Source: a virus (taxonomy: Duplodnaviria > Caudoviricetes). Taken from it: 64,000 nt of DNA. Both the position numbers and the translations under genes were made by a program. The stretch is from positions 1 to 64,000 of the IMG/VR virus record IMGVR_UViG_2636415473_000002; one strand, 5' to 3'. The notes below the pieces were generated by a model that was not told the origin of the DNA, made no database searches, and was given only the letters and a program-made list of their open reading frames with translations. Numbering within the stretch: the first letter of the stretch is position 1; the number at the start of each line of letters is the position of its first letter. Positions 59,125 to 64,000 of the stretch are shown here, one piece after another.

Positions 59125-60930
59125 ACGAAAAGAGGATTAAAATGAGAGGGAGGAAAGAGGTTAGCGTCTCTTCCTTTCTTTTTTTGCTCACATTAAAATG
59201 ACCTTTTAAAAGTAAATTTACACGAATTAGACATATGAATAATCATCGCAGCATATAATTAACTATAACCACTTAGGAGGTATGGCATATGCAAAAACTT
59301 ATACGAATATTAAAACTTCACGAAGTGGAACCGCACGAATTAGCTGAAATGGTTTACTTTTACTTGTATCACCATGGAGAAGATACAGACAAAGAATTAA
59401 TGGATGAGTTATTTGCAGCGTATTTGACAAAAGAGGAAGCCTAGAAATTAGGTTTTCTCTTAAATTAAAAACTTAGATAATTTGGAAACTATTACTTTAT
59501 AAAGATGAATTTACACGATATTATATATTTGATAGTTAGGAGGCAGAAATAAATAAACAGTCCAATGAGGATGCAAAGGGGATATGGGAAATGAAACTTA
59601 AAAATAAGCAAACTGGGAAGTATCTAACAGTATTATCTAATGGGATCATTACTTGGACTTCAGCAGGATCAGTCTTTACCACAGAGGAATTAAATGAATA
59701 TAGAAATTACTTTTCCAAATCTAATTTATTGGTAGCTGAATAACTGAAGAGTTTAAAATAAGTATTTCATTCGAAGGAGGTTGGATTCTATGAAAATAAA
59801 ATACATTTGGAAATGAAGCACTAGAAACCTTTTAAGAAGAAGCTAAAATTCTAATTTTATATAGAAAGGGGAAATGAGATATGGTTGAAAAATGGATTGG
59901 TGAAGAAGATAATACAAGTGGAACTTATGTGCCAACATCTTGTGAAGAGTTTTCAGAAAGACGAGGAGGATGTTTGAACGCAAAGAAACTCTATAGATTT
60001 AATAGTCGATTTGGGAAAGAATACAATATTACTGACGATGAAGTTGTTGCACGTATCAAAAAATTAATAACTGAAGAAAAAAACAGCAGAACTGTACGAA
60101 TACTTATATGAATTAGTTATTAAGACATTTGGAATTATGGAATTTATGCATGGAGCTGAATTGAAAATCGCAGAAGATCGTAGTAAAGGGTTCAAAAGTG
60201 GTAAAGAACATATGCAAGAAGAATTTAGAAAGTTACTAGGTCTTCATTCTATAAGATAAAATGTTAAATTGAATGGAGGCAAACAATCATGGCCTATCAA
60301 GAATACGTATACGAAGTGTTTAGAGATCATCACGATTGCATGGGAATGGATGAAGAAGAAATCAGTGAACTTATTGAAGAAACCTCATTCGCACAAATTG
60401 AAAAATGGCTAACGAAAAGCGGATATGATTTAAATGAGTATTACTCAGATTAAAGATTAATTTATAAGAAAATCAGAATAACTAAAAATCGCAAAGGAGG
60501 AATACACGTGTATCTATTCAAATTTGAAGTAGTGACAAACGAGGCCAAGTTTCATGAGTACATTCAGCATGATAATGTTATGGCAGCATGGGAAGTAATT
60601 GGCGAGAAATATCCGGTATCTGAAATTACATTGAAACTATTTTGAGGAGGTAGGAGAGTATGATCAATCTAAATAAACGTAACATCATCAACTTAAAGAA
60701 GGCACCCTTTGCAAATTTAATCAAAAAGCCAATCCAATAATAGGAGGTTTTATTATGTATCAAATGACACCAGAGCAAAATAAAGTGTTGGATGAGTTTT
60801 CAAAGCTGCCATACGAAGAGCTATTGGAAAAGTATGATGAGCTGCAGGAAAGGTTGCCTTAGGAACTGCCCTTTTGAAAAATTTCACCTGTTTTTAGGTT
60901 CGTTTCGTGAAATCGATTTGAAAAGAAATC

Positions 60931-61149
60931 CTAATAAGTGGTTTTAACCAAGCGTTGATACTTATAAATCAATTTGTCTAGTTCTTGACTATATTTAATA
61001 GTTTCAGGACTTGAGATACCATTGTCCATTCCCGATTTAATCATTTGATTTTTTAACATATTAATTTTTTTGCACAATACTGTGCGTTTTAATTGTTTTA
61101 ACATAATCGTTTTACTCCTAAAATTTAAGTGTATTAGTAAATTATGCAA
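60931..61149 (-). CDS. Spo0E-family aspartyl-phosphate phosphatase
   Basis: MIKSGMDNGISSPETIKYSQELDKLI carries the SQELD signature. Confidence 0.88.
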   Translation of the reverse strand: MHNLLIHLNFRSKTIMLKQLKRTVLCKKINMLKNQMIKSGMDNGISSPETIKYSQELDKLIYKYQRLVKTTY

Positions 61150-61887
61150 TAAATTGAATAAAAATGGAACAGTTTATTTTTCCGATTTACGAAGAAATGA
61201 TAATATGTTTAAAATTGCAACAGTCAACATCTAACACAAACTAAACTAGTCTAATTTTTTCCAACTTGGGAAGGAGGAAGTTTATGGCCGAGGCAAACGC
61301 AATTCAAGAAATCTCTTCAATAGCTCGTCATTTGCCACTAGAAGTTTTACAAGATATAAACCAACGTATTGGGGATTGGTTGACATCAGGTGGAAATAAA
61401 AATGATCCATATATTAGACAGCAATTAAGATTTGCCCAACGTTTTGTGAAGGAAAGTTGACATAAAGAATGCGGTAGAAAGGACGTGTAAAAGGATGGAA
61501 GAAAACCGATTACAGATGGTCAAAAGTACGTGGGAAAAACGGGATTGGGATACTTTTCTTAATAGAAAAGATATCGATTGGCTTATTTCACAAGCTGAAA
61601 AGGCTGAACGACTGGAAGAAGCGATTAGAATTTACAAACTATCTGATGAATTTGTGAAGGAGCAATCTAAGAAGGTTAAATACTTATTCCCGTTAGAAAA
61701 TACTGTTGGATACGGTCAATTATGCGATAAGGTTTTAGAATTAACTGAGGATAAATCGTTCTTTCTAAAGGCATATACCGAAAAAATATGGAAGAAAGTT
61801 GACAAAACCTGTGACATAAGAAAAACCACTAATGATTTAATGGTTTAACTAAAAGTTTTATATTTTAAGTCAGAGAATTAAAGAATA

Positions 61888-62085
61888 TTAAGAACCTGTA
61901 GCCTTAAGTATTCCAAACACAATTAAGAGAAACCCTAATAAAATTGCTCCACCTTCAAGTGGAAAAGTACTTGCTGTTTTATTATTAAATGCTTTTGCTT
62001 CATTAAAAAAATAAATAATAGCAAAAACAACAATCACTATGCCTAATAAGGATACTAATAGCCAAATCATAAGAGTATTCTCCAT
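61888..62085 (-). CDS. Small two-TM membrane protein
   Basis: Two hydrophobic helices. Confidence 0.5.
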   Translation of the reverse strand: MENTLMIWLLVSLLGIVIVVFAIIYFFNEAKAFNNKTASTFPLEGGAILLGFLLIVFGILKATGS

Positions 62086-62192
62086 GAATTTTATTTTTTA
62101 TTATGACAGCTTTTAAAGGAAATAGGAAGAAGAAATTGATGTATAAATAGTATGACTAAACTGTTTGACATTAAAAGCGTGGTTTTATTAGA

Positions 62193-62591
62193 TTGATAAC
62201 GATGAAAAATGGAGCATTTAAGAGTAAACGTAAGCATGGGGGAGGAATGAAGTTGGGATACGAAATTGACAGGTTAATTGCTGAAAAGGTTATGGGATGG
62301 ACTTCTGACGGATATCTATATCACGATATGATAACGGGCGATATGTGTTCGATAAATGAATTTAGGCCTTCAGAAGATTTAGAGGATGCTTGGTTAATAG
62401 TTGAGAAAATAAGCTACGGAAACACGGAATTGATTTTTGATCTAGAACTTAGATATAAAGGGTTTTGGGCATATTTTACTGACGGGAAAAGTGATGATTA
62501 CAGCTCTGAGCAAGAAAAAACAGCACCGTTGGCAATTTGTGTGGCAGCATTAAAAGCAACCGGTGTAAATATTGAAGAGGAGGTTATTTGA
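62193..62591 (+). CDS. Phage ABA-sandwich (BC1872-like) protein
   Basis: IDRLIAEKVMGW...FRPS.DLEDAWLIVEK...TAPLAICVAALKA. Confidence 0.75.
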   Translation: MITMKNGAFKSKRKHGGGMKLGYEIDRLIAEKVMGWTSDGYLYHDMITGDMCSINEFRPSEDLEDAWLIVEKISYGNTELIFDLELRYKGFWAYFTDGKSDDYSSEQEKTAPLAICVAALKATGVNIEEEVI

Positions 62592-63240
62592 ATGGATAAA
62601 AAAGTGAAAGTAGACATAGAAAAGATGGAGGATATAAAATGAACATCAACATTAATGAATTCGTCAAATTAAATGAGTTTCCACAAGAAGGATTTAGAGA
62701 AGTTAAATGGAATGTTAATGAAAATTATGATCATCATACGTTAACACTTAAGGATGGATACGGCAATACTCTAACATTATTCAATGATGAATTAGATAAA
62801 CTTTATGATTACTTAGGTTCGGTGTTGTTTTATAAAGGGTAACGTTATAGTTTAATATGGTGCACATTAAATTTAACCTTTTAATGGGGGCGCTAAACTA
62901 AATGTGAAAATCCTCTGCCATTGGACAGAGGGAGATAATTAATAGAAGTTATTCTGACCAACTATTAATCTTACCTTCATTTAAGTTTTGATTTTGCTTC
63001 CAATCAATATAGTTGTTGGTGTCATTATTGTTCCAAATCTGATTATCTTCAACTTTTGGATTTGGAACGCTCCATAAAAAATATAGGATTCCAATGCCGA
63101 TTGCACCAATGAATAACACGGCTTTCAATTTTTCTTTAGAATGATTTCTCTTATAATTTCTAGCTGATGATGATCTCTTATCTTCTGCTTCCCATCTTTT
63201 AACTGGTGAATTTTTAATAAACTAGGAGGGGATAGATATA

Positions 63241-64000
63241 GTGGCTAAAAAGATAAAGAAAACAGAAGAAGAATTAAAAGCCGAAAGATTGGAATATGAA
63301 TTAAACGAGGTAAAAGAAAAACTCTACTTGATACCTGAGCCTATATATACATTTGAAATTGGCCAACAAGTTGGTATCGGAAATTTGAAAGATGTGATTG
63401 TAAAAAATTCACTTGAAGGCGGAAAAATATATTTGATCGATTACACTTCCGTTGACCACAATAGAGGAAATCCAATAAGACACGAACATCGACTGAGGTA
63501 TGTTACTCGGTTAGACATTAGGAAGTTGCCTGCGAAAACGGAATCATTCATACGAAATAAGAACATGAGACTCAATTACTCTAATCAGAATATAGCCTCT
63601 TTATTAAGTAAGGCTTACTATTTCGGTGTTAATTTTGATCTGGATTATCAACGAGAGTATGTTTGGGAATTGGGAGGCAAGGTGAATTTAAATGATTCTG
63701 TTTTTAATAATATTGATATTGGTAAATTTGTTTTTGTTAGATATAACAGTGAGACGTGGAGTAAATTGAATTTGAGTTATGAGGTATTGGATGGTAAACA
63801 GAGAATGAGAGCCATTTTAGATTATTACGAGGACAGATTTGAATATGAAGGTAAAAAATTCAGCGATTTGACACTAAGGGATCAAGGTCACTTTGAAAAC
63901 TACCCTATACCAATTGCTGAAATCGATGAGTTGCCAAGAAAGGGAATAATCAGATTCTTCATCGCTTTGAATACTAATGGTAAAGTGATGGATAGTAATC
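63241..64000 (+). CDS. DUF262 (ParB-like) domain protein, truncated by the window end
   Basis: GGAGG RBS and GTG start; DYQREYVW, IDIGKF, EVLDGKQR. Confidence 0.8.
   Translation, partial: MAKKIKKTEEELKAERLEYELNEVKEKLYLIPEPIYTFEIGQQVGIGNLKDVIVKNSLEGGKIYLIDYTSVDHNRGNPIRHEHRLRYVTRLDIRKLPAKTESFIRNKNMRLNYSNQNIASLLSKAYYFGVNFDLDYQREYVWELGGKVNLNDSVFNNIDIGKFVFVRYNSETWSKLNLSYEVLDGKQRMRAILDYYEDRFEYEGKKFSDLTLRDQGHFENYPIPIAEIDELPRKGIIRFFIALNTNGKVMDSN

Larger units (their letters stand above)
59289..62842 (+). mobile_element. Cluster of short co-oriented phage-like ORFs (large-phage early-region remnant)
   Basis: ORFs at 59289-59444, 59881-60111, 60289-60453, 61266-61460, 61495-61848, 62193-62591, 62639-62842, most with RBS. 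Confidence 0.55.

Overview
Low-GC Bacillaceae chromosome segment. Bases 1 to ~42,090 are an apparently complete cos-type, HK97-fold siphovirus prophage. Its modules run: integrase/ImmA/repressor, replication, ArpU, packaging, head, tail, lysis. It is integrated in the 3' end of glnA, and the duplicated glnA tail at 42034-42090 marks the right attachment site. From 42.2 to 49.6 kb lies a decayed relative that used the same site (integrase stub, second ArpU, abortive-infection gene, second lysis cassette, a lone group II intron domain V). The rest holds an IS630 pseudo-element, two methyl-accepting chemotaxis genes and scattered remnants of other phage-like elements. The most striking structure is at 10.5-18.9 kb. 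A minimal tyrosine recombinase and the predicted late promoter are followed by a 7.4-kb array of unrelated cargo genes: Kiwa, an ABC-ATPase/PIN pair, a zincin, a GNAT and Zn-ribbon paralogues. Each unit is closed by a copy of one conserved hairpin repeat (GCATCC-N5-7-GGGTGC-TTTTTATTTTGGAGAAAGAAGG), and several are opened by reused Spo0A-box/sigmaA or sigmaH promoter modules. This resembles an integron-like cassette array inside a prophage late operon. All family assignments come from reading motifs by eye; no database searches were run.
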